The position numbers and the translations under genes were made by a program. Below the pieces are notes generated by a model. The model saw nothing but the letters and a program-made list of their open reading frames with translations. It did not search any database and was not told the DNA's origin. Below are positions 34,146-46,164 of a stretch of DNA of 49,898 nt, one piece after another; the stretch's first letter is position 1; every line of letters starts with the position of its first letter. The stretch is from NCBI RefSeq assembly GCF_001194135.2, contig NC_068981.1:78667681-78717578 (forward strand), in the 5' to 3' direction. This DNA is from Octopus bimaculoides. Its lineage: Eukaryota.

Positions 34146-36646
34146 ATGAGTGTAAGTTTTTTTACCAACAATTGATTATGGCTGATGATCGACAAGTTCT
34201 CTTTGATTACTACACTAAAAAATTAGAACATATTGGAACTGATTCTAATTCCTGTGATATGTTGAATATAATGCCGAACAGTTATGGTTTTAACTCTTTT
34301 CCGCCAGGAATTAATCCGAGTTTTCCAAATGAGCCAGTTCTCAGTAACAAGTTCGCTATGTTTTTCGTAGACACCATCCCTTTAATTACTGGCTACCCGT
34401 CTGTTCAAAACACTCAGACATCCAGTCAAGTTCATATTTTTAATGAGCAATCTGGAGATTTGGAGGTTAAGGATTCTGTGCCTCTTATGAAAGAATCCCA
34501 TTTGAATGAATTATGTCCAACAAGTTCTTCAGTGATATTTTCTCATAATGATTCAAAACCAAGTGGATGGGATTTTAATTCTATGAGGAATAATGAGATT
34601 CCTTCTGAATTCAGATATACTAGTAGTCTAAACAAAAAAGGTATTCCATTGCAGGCCGAGCGATTATTTATTTGTGATGATCGTAACATAGTATCTTATA
34701 ATTCGAATATTTATTCTCACGATAAAGAATTAACCAGCGAAACAAACTTTGAAAATATCTTGCATGAACCAAATTCTCTGCCACTAAACTTGTCCAAATC
34801 AAAGAGAGTTAATGATAATTCGACAGAAATAGGCGAAACTTGTGGTTCTACGAATTCAATACCCATGACAGATATTCCAAATAGCATTTTAAAAAAAGAA
34901 TTTAATGAGAGTGATTCATTTAATCTGTATAATCCACAGATGCCAAACAGTAGTATTGCATATATTTTTCCGTTTGATCCAAACACTTTTGACAGAATGA
35001 ATAAACCTCTCGGTTCTTTGGAAGTAGATATGAAACTATCTGTTGCAAGCAATGGAACAAATTTGATTTCCCAAGACGAGGTGAGATCATTTCAACACGC
35101 ACAATTTCTTAATCAACCTGATGAGAATATCGATGAAGAATCTTTAAATATTGAAAGTCAGTCAAAACGTGACAAGGATAAATCTTACAACACTTGGGAA
35201 AAAAGAAATTCTCTGAAAGAGACGAAGCAATGTTTTCATACAGACTTCAGATATAACAGAATACCGGAATTAAATGGAAAAGCACACTCTGAGAGCGGAT
35301 GTGATTTTGAATCGATATCACCAAAACGAAATATATGTCCGTCACACTATCTGGCAAAATCAAAAGCCGTTAAAGTTACGCAATTATTTAAAGAGAACCC
35401 TGTAAATAACATCTGCTCTTGTGGTGTTCAGCAAGTGAAAAGTACTCTACCCGATTTATGGACTAAAAAGGCAAAACCAGTTTCAAAGAAACTAGTGGAG
35501 AAAAATTACAAGGCCTTGCAAAAATCGACAACAGCAGATAAAAAAATGGTTGCACAAGGAAAAAACAAGAAATCAAAATCCAACTACAGGAAAATTTTAA
35601 GTGACATCCCCAAACAAAATAATCGTTTTTCTTGTCCAAGCAAATTACTTGCCGAAAACGTACACGGTGTGCAAAGGAATAAAGCAAAAAGGAAGAAACC
35701 TGTAAACCGTAGGAATAATTTAAATGCGTTAGAACATAGAAATTTACACGGTACGTCAAGAACTCGAATTTTATCAAAAGATCAAAGTCTCTCTGATAAA
35801 AATATTCCGACAGATGAAGTGTTTGATAACGTAAAACATAAAAAGATAAAAAATCTGAATGAGAAATTATTGAACGTTCGTAATATTTCTCGACACAAAA
35901 TATGCCAAGGTACTTTTTCAGCTTCCAAGACAGACACTAGCAAAACATATAAAAATTCTGCAGAATGCATACGTCATCGAACAACGAATTCCAAAGAGGC
36001 AGCGAAAATGCTGGAAACGGTTTCAACAAAACCTTGCAAAAAGAAACTGAATACCTATCACAAAACTTGCAGCATTGATTGCCAAATGAATGAGAAAAAT
36101 AATGCAAATAATCATACATATAATTATATTCACTATAAGTCTGATGGTTCTATTGATTTCCTTAAAGGTTATACAGAGTGCTTTAACTGCAAGCATCATA
36201 TCAGAAATTCAAATCCTTATGCAGCTACATCAATATCATCAGACAATTGTTTTATAAAAAATTATACATTGCCAAACCATTCGTTTAATATATCAAACAA
36301 TATTGATAGCGACGGTTTTGAAATATTACAAGCAAATGATGATTCTGAATTGACTAATATAATACAGTCATCTTTGATATATGACGGAAATGATAATTTC
36401 GACCTTGTCAGTAATAACAATCGTTATTATGAACCGGTTTGTGTTATGAACGATAGTTCAACATTTAACTCTAATAAAGAGGTTAATGATTGCTTTACAA
36501 TCTCTGCCCCTACAATTGAAACATCAGGTATCGAGAATGAAAGCGATTTCGTAATAACAGACGTCTTCTCTTTGTCAGGTTTTTGGAATTCCATTTCCAG
36601 TGAAGTTCCATACATAGAAAACAACTGTTGGGAGCTGGGTTGTTAG
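34146..36646 (+). CDS. Large terminal coding exon of an uncharacterised, mostly low-complexity (N/S/K-rich) protein
   Basis: More than 830 codons are open in AT-rich DNA. A strong acceptor ttttactattttttcag ends at 34145 and the frame is open from there. An alternative in-exon start attATGG lies at 34178. No transposon motifs. Confidence 0.88.
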
Positions 36647-36980
36647 ATGTGAAGAAAAAAATATATAGTGAGGCTTTATGAACATAAGTATCAAATCTAG
36701 GAAGAGTGGATCTGTCAGTTCATAATTTCCCGCTTAAATACATTTACGAGCAATTTGGTTTCCAATTGAATTTTGCTTTGTTGTTATTTAACCCTGGATC
36801 AGCCCTGGTCAAGTAGACATCTTATCAAAAACATATTTGTTGAGACCATTCCGTCTGTCTTGAAATGTAGAGCTACATCGTCCAATGGGTTTTTGTTTAA
36901 GACTGTATAGTGAGGTTTGAAGGATATTATGCTGCTATTTTCTAATTTCAGGCTCGTCTATAATGATGATAGATGAATGG

Positions 36981-37011
<31 letters not shown>

Positions 37012-38064
37012 GGAAAGAAAAGATATTCTACCTTAAATTTGGCGGAAAAAAAGCAAAGCTAGGTTCTCGCCAAAATGTGTGTCTGACTTAGTTTCAGTTT
37101 CCAAGTGTAGCGATTGTGAAACCGCATTCAAAAACGCTGTTGGCTTAATCGCACACTATTTAGTTAGTAGACAAGTAATATACATTTTACGGTATTGTGT
37201 TTTTAAACTTGGTGTTTTCAGTCTAATCTAATGTTTATAAACGAGACTAATCATCAGAACGTTGCATAATTTTGCGCACTCAAAATATATGTCTTGTTTC
37301 ACAGAAAAAATATCTAGCGTGATTAAATGCAAAGCATATATTTCAGAAATTACTATTAGAAACCACGTTTAATTCTTACAAATGTAATTTGTAACTGAGT
37401 AATTAATACTTCATAAAGAGCACCTGATAATAGTGTTATTCTCCTATGCTTCAAGCAAGAGCGCAATTTAGCGACAGTTTATTTTTTTATATATAGACAT
37501 GAAAGGGAATTTCTAAATCTTCATAGTAACGTTGATTTGTTTTTAGGTCTCTGATTAAATTGTCAAACATGTTTGTCAAAGGAGCCACTAGTGGTAAATA
37601 GTGCGAACCATTTTCAGGCAGAATGATAATGTAAAAACTTCTGCTAGATGATAACAATAGTAAATGCCAAACATGAAATGTGTGGTGAAACCAGATTTTA
37701 TAACCATGTCTAGATGCAATGCAAGCAAGTTCACAAACTGTAACTTAGCTGAATGCAATAAAATTCAGTGAGTCTGGTTCGAGAATACGCGTTGGGATAG
37801 TCAAGTAAGACAGAACATCATAAAGAGAAATATACAGAAATAAGATTCTGAGACAATTTCTTTTTCGTTAAAGCATGCAAAAGTTAAAATGCATATGCTT
37901 GCGAGTGAGTATCTGTTTGCGAGAGTTCCACACTGATTGATATGAATTCGCCAGACAACAATGCTATTAATGCTGGCGTTGTGTAAATGATGTAATTGCA
38001 AGAAGTAAGTTTCTCAGCTAGAACGCTATCCTTTGTTTACACAAGGGGCAACGTTCTGGCTTAA

Positions 38065-40472
38065 CCTTTGGACCCATTTCAGTTTTTTTCAGTTGCTTTT
38101 TCCTACTGTTTCCTACTGATTCTGCTGATTTCTTGTGATTCTTATTTTTTCTCACCTCTCTTTTATTTGTCAAAAGGGAAATTTTCCATATGTTTATAAA
38201 AACTAGAGGACCCTCGAATTAGATTCAGAAATTCTTGTCATTCAAAACAGAATAAAAGCAGTATCAAATATTATTTTCCTAGCTATTTATCAGATATAAA
38301 ATAGATAAAATTGTATTCAATCTATTTGCTGAATTTCAGAGAAAATAAGGAAAAGTTATGAAAATATTCCTGTAAATTTGTGTGGTATTGCATCACCTTC
38401 AATCTGCTAGGTTATAGGGTGATGCAATATTTCTATGTAATGACGCTATTCTTGCAATATATTGCATCAACTTTGAGGAGAGTATAAATATGTGGGAGAG
38501 CAATATCTGCCTTTAGTCTGCTATCAAGTTTCATATAGTTCAGTTGTGCTTTCTGGTATGCCTAGACGTGAAAACTTTCGTGAAGACCAAACATCGAAAA
38601 GGTTATTGAAATTAGATGAAGAATGGGAAGAAGATAGTAGTGATTCCTTCTATTGCTTTGAAGATGATGGTGAAAGTGATTGTGTGCTGGACAGTTTAGG
38701 TTCTGTGTCATCAGACGAAGATACACAAATACAATTATGAATGAGCAATATGTTTCTAGAGACAGACAAGCTGTTTGGCATTCTAATCCTCTTATTCAGG
38801 CAGCAGTAATACTGTGCGTCAAGAATGTGGACCATCCCGTTTTGCTAAAAGATTTTGCGATAGCATTGAAGCGTGTTTTGCTATCTTTATGCGCCAAAAT
38901 CTTCTTGAAGTAATTCGCAAATGAACAAATGTTGAAGGTCGGGTTTACAATTTCCTTTCTGTTTACAAAGGAAAGAAACTGATCACTCTGAACTAAAGAA
39001 ATTTATTGTACTGATTATTCTTATAGGTTTTTATAAATCTAAGCATGAAAATGTCACATAGTTAATGGAGTCAAGAAGATGGCCGCCCAATATTCAACAA
39101 AATTATAAGCCGGGGAAGATTTCAACAGATTTTACAAGTATTGCATTTTGATGATGCTAGTGCAAGAAGAAAAAAGATGTGATGATAAATTGGAATCCAT
39201 AAGAGAAGTATTTGAAATGTGGAATCAGAATTTGCAAGATGGATATGTTCCAAGTTCATGCATGATAGTTGATGATAATTAGTTTCATTCAGAGAGCTTT
39301 TCCCATTCTGGGTATATATGCCTTCGAAACTAGGGACATCTGGAATTAAAATTTGGGCAATATGTGATAGTGAAACATCTGCCTGGAAAATGCAAATCTA
39401 CACTGGAAAAGACCTAGTAAAAGGGGAAAAAACAAATCGAGGTTCAAGAGTTGTTGAAGACCTAGTAAAAGAACTTGAAAATACTGGTCGCAATATAACT
39501 TGTGATAATTTTTTTTTTCTTTTTTTTTTTTTTCTTTACAAGTCTAGGATTAGCTCGAAAGCTGCTTAGCAAAAAAAAAACTACTTTAGATGGAACAATT
39601 AGAAAGAACATAGTTGAACTTCCAAATCCTTTCACAAATCGAAAAGAAAAAGAAATCAACTGCACAATATTTGGATTTCAAAAGGATTCTACGATCTTAT
39701 CTTATTGTCTCAAGAAAAATAATGTCGTTATACTTATGAGTACAATGCACTTTCAGCTTTCAATTGATTCAAAAAGTGCTGAAAAGGAACTTGAAGTTAT
39801 TACATGTTACAACAAAACAATAGTAGATACCCTAGATAAGATGGTAAGGACATACACTTGCAAAAGAATGACTCGAAGTCGGCCTATGTTTATATTCTAT
39901 AACATGATCCATATAAGTGCAGTGAATGCTTTCATTGTTGTTCAACAGCTTCACTTTGCAAAGTTTCAAGGATAAAAGAAGACAGTGCCTAATTCAATTA
40001 AGAAAGGAACTTGCTGGAGTTAAGGCTAGACAAGAATATGACAAACAGTTTCTAGCTCCGCTAACATTTCTCAACCAAACAAGAAAAGAAAACGATCTTC
40101 AGCCTCATTTGAGATTCCTCAACCAAAGAAAAAGGAAGATGTTATTTGTGTGGCCCAAAAAACACAGCAAAACTTGTATTACATGTAAGAATTGTAATAT
40201 CCATGTTTGCCAAGAACATTCCAATGTTGTCTGCATTCACTGCCATGAAGATCTGTAATTCTGTATTTTTCTAATTTTTTAAAATTTGTAATATATTTTG
40301 TAAGCTGTAATTTTTTTATTAAAATTTGTGAGAAACAGTAATTATTCATTCATCTGATAGCATATATAATGTAGCTAAGAAATAGTGGTAGTTTGAATAA
40401 AATTTAATTAAAAGAAAAATATTGGACCCAGTTGGTAATTAGTGACATAAATTTTCTCTGGTTGACCAAGGG
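38065..40472 (+). mobile_element. piggyBac element, decayed
   Basis: TTAA at 38061-38064 and 40473-40476. The right end reads ccaaggg|ttaa; the left end is degenerate. Confidence 0.85.
38558..40258 (+). pseudogene. piggyBac (PGBD4-like) transposase pseudogene
   Basis: Acidic N-terminus; GIKIWAICDSET, NITCDNFF, TTLDGTIRKN and YNKT-VDTLDKM; C-terminal Cys-rich domain (TCITCKNCNIHVCQEHSNVVCIHC). Many stops and frameshifts. Confidence 0.93.
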
Positions 40473-41129
40473 TTAAAGGCGCCAGGATTATGAACGTGTA
40501 TCATAATTGGTCAAAAAGGATGTTTGTCATGTTACTAACCCTCCTTTATCATAAGTTTGTCAATGAAATAAAAGTGTAATACATCGTATATGTTTAACAA
40601 AAGATCCGTTTAATTAAATTTTTTCTTTAACAAGATAACATTTTTATGCGGGACTCTCTATTGTAGATTGCTTTTCTCGATAAAAGCAATTGATAAAGAT
40701 TACTTTCTGATGCAATAACAAATTTAACAGGTCAATGAACACGTTTGATTTTTTTTTTTTTTTTTTTTTTTTTTTCAAAAGTAGTCTTCTCATACGAAGT
40801 AAAGATATTCGAGAACCAATAAAGTGGATGTAGTAATAAATTGTCCATTAGTTTTCAGTATAAGTTTGGTTCAGTTGGTTTACTAATTCTCCCTTCACTC
40901 GTGTATATTTACATATAAAATACTAGTGAGTTTTATGTAGACTTGAATGGAACAATGTAAGCAACCAGAAGCAGGTTTTTGTACGGAATCATTTCAAATA
41001 TATACATGTGACCAATCAATGCTTCGATGTGTCTCAGTGTGAGGACGAATTTATCAGCGGTTGATGCACAAATTGTAAGAGATCAACTAGTAATATAGAA
41101 CAATTACTCGCAATAAACTAGCCTGTTAA

Positions 41130-41330
41130 AGGCAGCGAGCTAACAGAAACGTTAGCACGTCGACATTTCGTCTGTCATTACGTTCTGAGTTCAAATTCCG
41201 CCGAGGTCGACTTTGCCTTTCATCCTTTCGGGGTCGATAAATTAAGTACCAGTTACATACTGGGTCGATCTAATCAATTGGCCCCCTCCCCCCCCCCCAA
41301 ATTTCGGGCCTTGTGCCTAGAGTAGAAAAG
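41130..41330 (+). mobile_element. Major-family SINE with 18-bp TSD
   Basis: aataaactagcctgttaa (41112-41129) and aataaactagcttgttaa (41331-41348). Confidence 0.93.
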
Positions 41331-41348
41331 AATAAACTAGCTTGTTAA

Positions 41349-42734
41349 TTTTTTTTCCCAGTAAGAGGCACTTATTCTTTATTCACCATGAAAGGTTAGT
41401 ATACAGAAGGAATAATACAGGACAGACAAGACATGGGGGTCAAAATAGCGTATGGATAGTGAAAGAATGGAAATGATTAAAATGGAGTGATGGACACAGG
41501 GACCCCACAAACCACGCATCATCACTAGATAGCGTGTAACAACTGATGAAAAAGGAATGTCGCATTGTCTTTTGATCTTTTAGGATCACTGGTACTCACA
41601 TTCAATCATCTCACTCTTGTAACAAGGCATACACTTTCATTCACAGTACAGGGCCGACAAAATGGGCTGAATCAACATATGATTAAATAACGTGTAACAA
41701 TTGACGAAAAGAAACATTGCATTGTCTTTTGAGTTCCCTGGTGTTTGACTGTGGAGGGGCTGAATATGGGGTAACGTGAATTTCTGTGTGTGTTTAGCGA
41801 GAGTAGTTTTTTTCCGGATGTTGTGTGAATGAATTATATGTGGCTTTGTTTGGGGCAAATTAGTTGGTTGTTTGTGTTTCGTATGTGTGTATGGTGTGAA
41901 TGCAAGTTTTGGGCTGACTTTGTTTTTTTGATGGGTTCTTTGTTTGTGGTAACTGAGTAGAATGTTTGTGGTTTGTGTGTGTGGATGCAGGTTTTTGGTC
42001 GTCTTTGGTGTTATTTTTTATGGATACTAGGGGGGTACCTTTCATTTCTCCTCTCTTTCTGACCGTTGTCCATCCGTCGTCGCTCTCCTCGAACAAGATT
42101 GGTGGTGGCTCCTTTATGGTGTCCTTTTTGGGGTCCTCGCTTCCCTCTGTGACACCTTTGATGTGGGCTGCTTTATCGTGATGCTGGTTGATTTTTTTCT
42201 TTCGGGTTGTCAGTTTGTAGTGGGTTAATAAGGTTGTTTCATCGTGGTGTTGGTCGACTCCTTTTTTTTTCTTTCGGGTTGTCAGTCTGTGGTGGGTTGA
42301 TGGGTTGTTTCGTTGTGGTGCTGATTGACCTCCTTCTGTCTTCCTTCGGGTTGTCAGTTTGTGGTAGGTTGATGGGTTGTTTCATCACGGTGCTGGTTGG
42401 CTCCCCCTTGCTTTTTTTCGAGTCGTCAGACTGTAGTGGGTTGATAAGTAGAAGGGTGCTTTTGGTTGTACTGATTGTGTAAAAAAGATTCCACAAAGGA
42501 ACACAATCCGCTCTAAGCAGGGGGAATTCGCACAAAAAAACGAACCTGCTAAAGCAGGCAATGTGTCCAAACGACACAGGAAACAGCAAAAGTTGTATAA
42601 CAATTAAAAAAACAACGATAATCCCAAAAGGGAAAAACCTACAATTAAACGAAAATAGCAGAAAAACACGTCTGTTCTGTAAAAGGCACTAAAGGAGAAT
42701 GACTCTCCCCAGACACAATACAATTATATACATC
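41349..42734 (-). mobile_element. Non-autonomous L1/Tx1-derived retroelement (ORF1 remnant only)
   Basis: Minus strand: T-rich 5' region, ORF1-like remnant with EESDDGWTTVRKRG, AATAAA and an A8 tail. TSD ctagc(t/c)tgttaatt at 41337-41350 and 42735-42748. Confidence 0.7.
42183..42450 (-). repeat. Four 72-bp tandem units inside the element
   Basis: ttcg(g/a)gt(t/c)gtcag recurs at 42201, 42273, 42345 and 42417. On the minus strand it encodes KQPINPPQTDNPKE-like 24-aa units. Confidence 0.9.
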
Positions 42735-42829
42735 CTAGCCTGTTAATTTAATGGAGGTACAGTAAGGCAATTTTTACTGGAGTACATTTGATTATCTTAA
42801 CACTACATAATGGGCTTTGATTGGGTTTT

Positions 42830-43330
42830 AAGAACTGCTTTGAACTGACGGTAGAAACGCTCCACCACTCCGTTTGCAGCTAAATGATAAGCAGTAACAC
42901 GAGTTCAAAAGCAGTCAGCCAATTGTGGAAATTTCTTGAATAAGAGTGACTCGATCAATTGTGATAGACCCCATGAGTGCTATGTCAAGAAATCTAGCAA
43001 TGCTTTAGCAACTGTTTCTACGGTGATGTCAAAGGAATAACTTTGGCCAGGCCATCTTCTTAATAAGTATGTGTCTGAAATGATGATTGAAGTCCTATAA
43101 GATCAATCAGTACATGTCCAAATCTTGTGCCTATTTTTGAATCCGTACAAAGTCCAATAAACCATATAAGGTCAAAATGACAATAAATTTCGACAACAAA
43201 GTTTGTAACATGCTACACGGTTTCTGATTTATTAAGTGTCTTGAGTAATACGGGTTCAGATAAAATGTGCCGGTTATTAACTTGTATGGAGCGTTAGCGC
43301 CTGGGTTATACAAACAATGCAGCAAGTTGA
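42830..43330 (-). pseudogene. Gypsy/Ty3 integrase remnant
   Basis: Minus strand HVLIDLIG, IPL-DITVETVAKALL and VTAYHLAANGVVERFYRQFKAVL, with frameshifts. Confidence 0.8.
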
Positions 43331-43538
43331 CAATCGTGTGAGAATGCTTAAAACTAATAGTTGTTCTTGAAACTCAACCCGCTCTTTTTTCAATTTTTTT
43401 TTTTTTTTTGTAGTACCTTCCTTTTAAGTAGTTGTTATGCCTAGCGCCCACCGAAGTGGTGAGCGAGGTGTAATGACTAAACTAACTAAACAAAGACAAT
43501 AATTTATAAATTTTACTCTAGAAGTGGATTGTATAAGC

Positions 43539-43897
43539 CAGTGGTTCTTAACCTGGGGAGCGTCAGCAAATACCAAAGGGGATGGGGCGAGCCCTTGAGA
43601 AAAAAACAGAAATTTCTCTAATTATATTTGTTATTCTTTTAACGAGAGCATGGTCAAATAATGAGAAGTTTATGAAAAAATGCAAAAGTATCGCCTTATA
43701 CCTTTAGTTTTCTTATTCTACTACCTAAGCGTCACTTGACATTTTCTGTACTTATTGTCCCAACCCCTTCGTATCCCTCAAAACCCTTACTAATTCTCAA
43801 CTGTAGCTTTAACATTTACCTTTATTTTGTAATTATTTTGCTTTTTTTGTTTGTGTTTTTTTTTTTGTTACAACAAAACTCAGGTTAAGAACCACTG
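43539..43897. mobile_element. hAT (Buster/Charlie-type) MITE
   Basis: 17-bp TIRs cagtggttcttaacctg / caggttaagaaccactg. TSD gtataagc / gtataa(a)gc with central TA. Confidence 0.9.
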
Positions 43898-44608
43898 GTA
43901 TAAAGCTTAGATATTATCGTGTAAAGACAAACATCTTTTTCAGTTAATAGATTATAAACAAGTTTAATCCACAGTTTTCATATATATAAAATAATGTGAT
44001 TCTTAAAAATCAAGAGACATGCTGAAATATTATCAAATCATTATAGTAGCATACCAAGAAATATTAACTGAATTTTAAAAATTGAAAACTATTTTAAAAT
44101 TTTAGCGAGATGAAAAGTATGATATATTTAAAAATAGGAAATAAACCAAAGATTATGTAATAGTTCTACTATAAAGTCTCGAAAATGAATTAAAACAGAT
44201 TGGAAAAATAAAAAAATTAACAATAAAACCAAAATTTTTAATATTAAATGTTTATGTTAAAAATATAGTAATTTTTTTTTGTAAGAAAAATATTATAATA
44301 TAAAGCCAAATGTTAAACTAAAATTCAGATTTAAATATTACAGAAAGTAGTAGGTGAAACTAAAACCAATGCAAAATATTCTTTTTTAAAGAAACCTTTT
44401 TTTTATATATTTTCGTACAAATAAATACAATATTTTATAGTACAAATTTTTCGTATAACTTTTCCTTTAATTTAACTTTTATGCCAATATTTTTTTTTTC
44501 AGAACATTTTACTCTAAGCGTTCTAGCTTGGGCCTTGACATTACCTCACACGTGCCTTATTTTTTGTTCACATATTTGTGTTGTCTACTGCACACCAAAT
44601 AATTCGCA

Positions 44609-46164
44609 ATGAGTGCAAAGAAATGAAAGTATCTTGAATATATTCGATTTGGATTCGTGTCCCTCAAAAAGTGGACAACACATCCTGCTCTTGCAGACAA
44701 GTCCAAGGTAGTCTTTGAAACAAAAGCCATTCCTTGAAGCAAGCTAAGTTGGACGGTAGTGGGGCATTTCGGCAACAAACTTCAATGGTTGTTGAGGCTT
44801 CCTATGAGATCGCCATGTTGATTGCAAAGAGCAAGAAGAGCCATAACGTTGAAGAGTCTCTCATAAAACCAAGTTTGCTCCGTACAGCAGAACTCGTTTT
44901 GGGGAAAGATAATGCAAACAAGCTTTCCTAGATTTCACTATCAAACGATACAGTCAATGGAAGGATCGACGAATTGTCTCAAGGCATCAAAGATCAAATT
45001 CTCGACCAAGTAAGAGATTCTCCTGCTTTTACCATCTAGTGTGACGAAACGGCTGGCATCGCTCAGTGTTTTCAGCTGCTGGTATGAGCTCGCTTTGTGT
45101 CAAGCAACTGTGTAAAAGATGAAATGTTGTTCTGTCACCCTACGGTGACAGCAACAACTATTTTTCGTGATATATCAAACTTCTTTCAGGAAAACCAACT
45201 TTCGTGGGATTCGCTGGCAGGGGTGTGCACTGATGGAGCTCCAACCATGCTTGGTCTGCAGTCTGGATTCATTACTAGGGTGAAACAAAAAATCCATCTG
45301 TTGTAAGTACACACTGCATACTTCATCGTGAAGCCTTAGCATCCAGAACCTTACCTTCTGAAATGAGAAGGTTGTCAACTTTGTTAAAGGTGGAACCTTA
45401 AACAGTCGTCTTCTCAAACTGTTGTGTAAAGATGTGGAATCTGAACATGAAACATTGCTTTTTCACACGATGGCTATCAAAGGAGACATGCTTGGACGGC
45501 TCTATGAACTACAAGAAGAAGTAGCAATATTTTTAGATTTGTAACCGAAGGCAAATCTCCATGACAAGTTCCAGTCTGAAAGATTTCAGCTATCTCTAGC
45601 TTACCTGGTAGACGTCTTCGAAGCGTTGTATGCTCTCGACCTTAAACTACAAGGGGAAAACATCAATATTCTCACGCACCACGACACCATTCATACCTTC
45701 ATGGCCAAACTCGATCTCTGGAAATGTCGAATTCAGCAGGGAAATATAGCCAGTTTTAGTTACTTAGATTCTGCTCTCATTCATGGTAGCTTTGATTCTG
45801 AGTTCAAGAAATAAATAATCACTCATCCAACTGTCTTGAAAACAGAATTTATCAGATACTTCCCAGTTATAGACGAAAAGCGTGAAGCTTGGAAATTCAA
45901 CAGGAATCCATTTCAGTGTGAAGTGACTGATGTTTTTTGACGAAGTGCAAGAGGAGTTTCTTGAGCTGAAGTTCAACTCCCCAGCTAAGGAAGACTTCAA
46001 AGAAATGGATCTTGAAACGTTCTGGATCAAGTACCCTCGTTGCTATCAAGACTAAGTACAGAAACAGGCTGAACGTTGAAAAGGACTTACGTTGTGCACT
46101 CTCTGGCATTCAACCACGCAATCAAGATCTTGTAGCTAAGAAGCAATGTCAAGTATCTCACTAA
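44609..46164 (+). pseudogene. hAT Buster-type (ZBED5/ZBED8-like) transposase pseudogene
   Basis: MSAKK*KYLEYIRFGF; SLSNDTV; CDET; VCTDGAPTM; THCILHREALA; WLSKG; IKTKYRNRLNVE...KQCQVSH*. Multiple stops and deletions. Confidence 0.95.

Noticed and set aside
34717-36624. Several antisense ORFs
   Set aside because: Shadows of the long plus-strand exon.
42183-42450. Regular repeats as a CRISPR-like array (also 12307-12446)
   Set aside because: Units are wholly homologous with no unique spacers, the context is eukaryotic and there are no cas genes.
43900-44520. Extremely AT-rich tract as origin or matrix-attachment site
   Set aside because: Composition alone cannot support a function; it may be hAT subterminal DNA.
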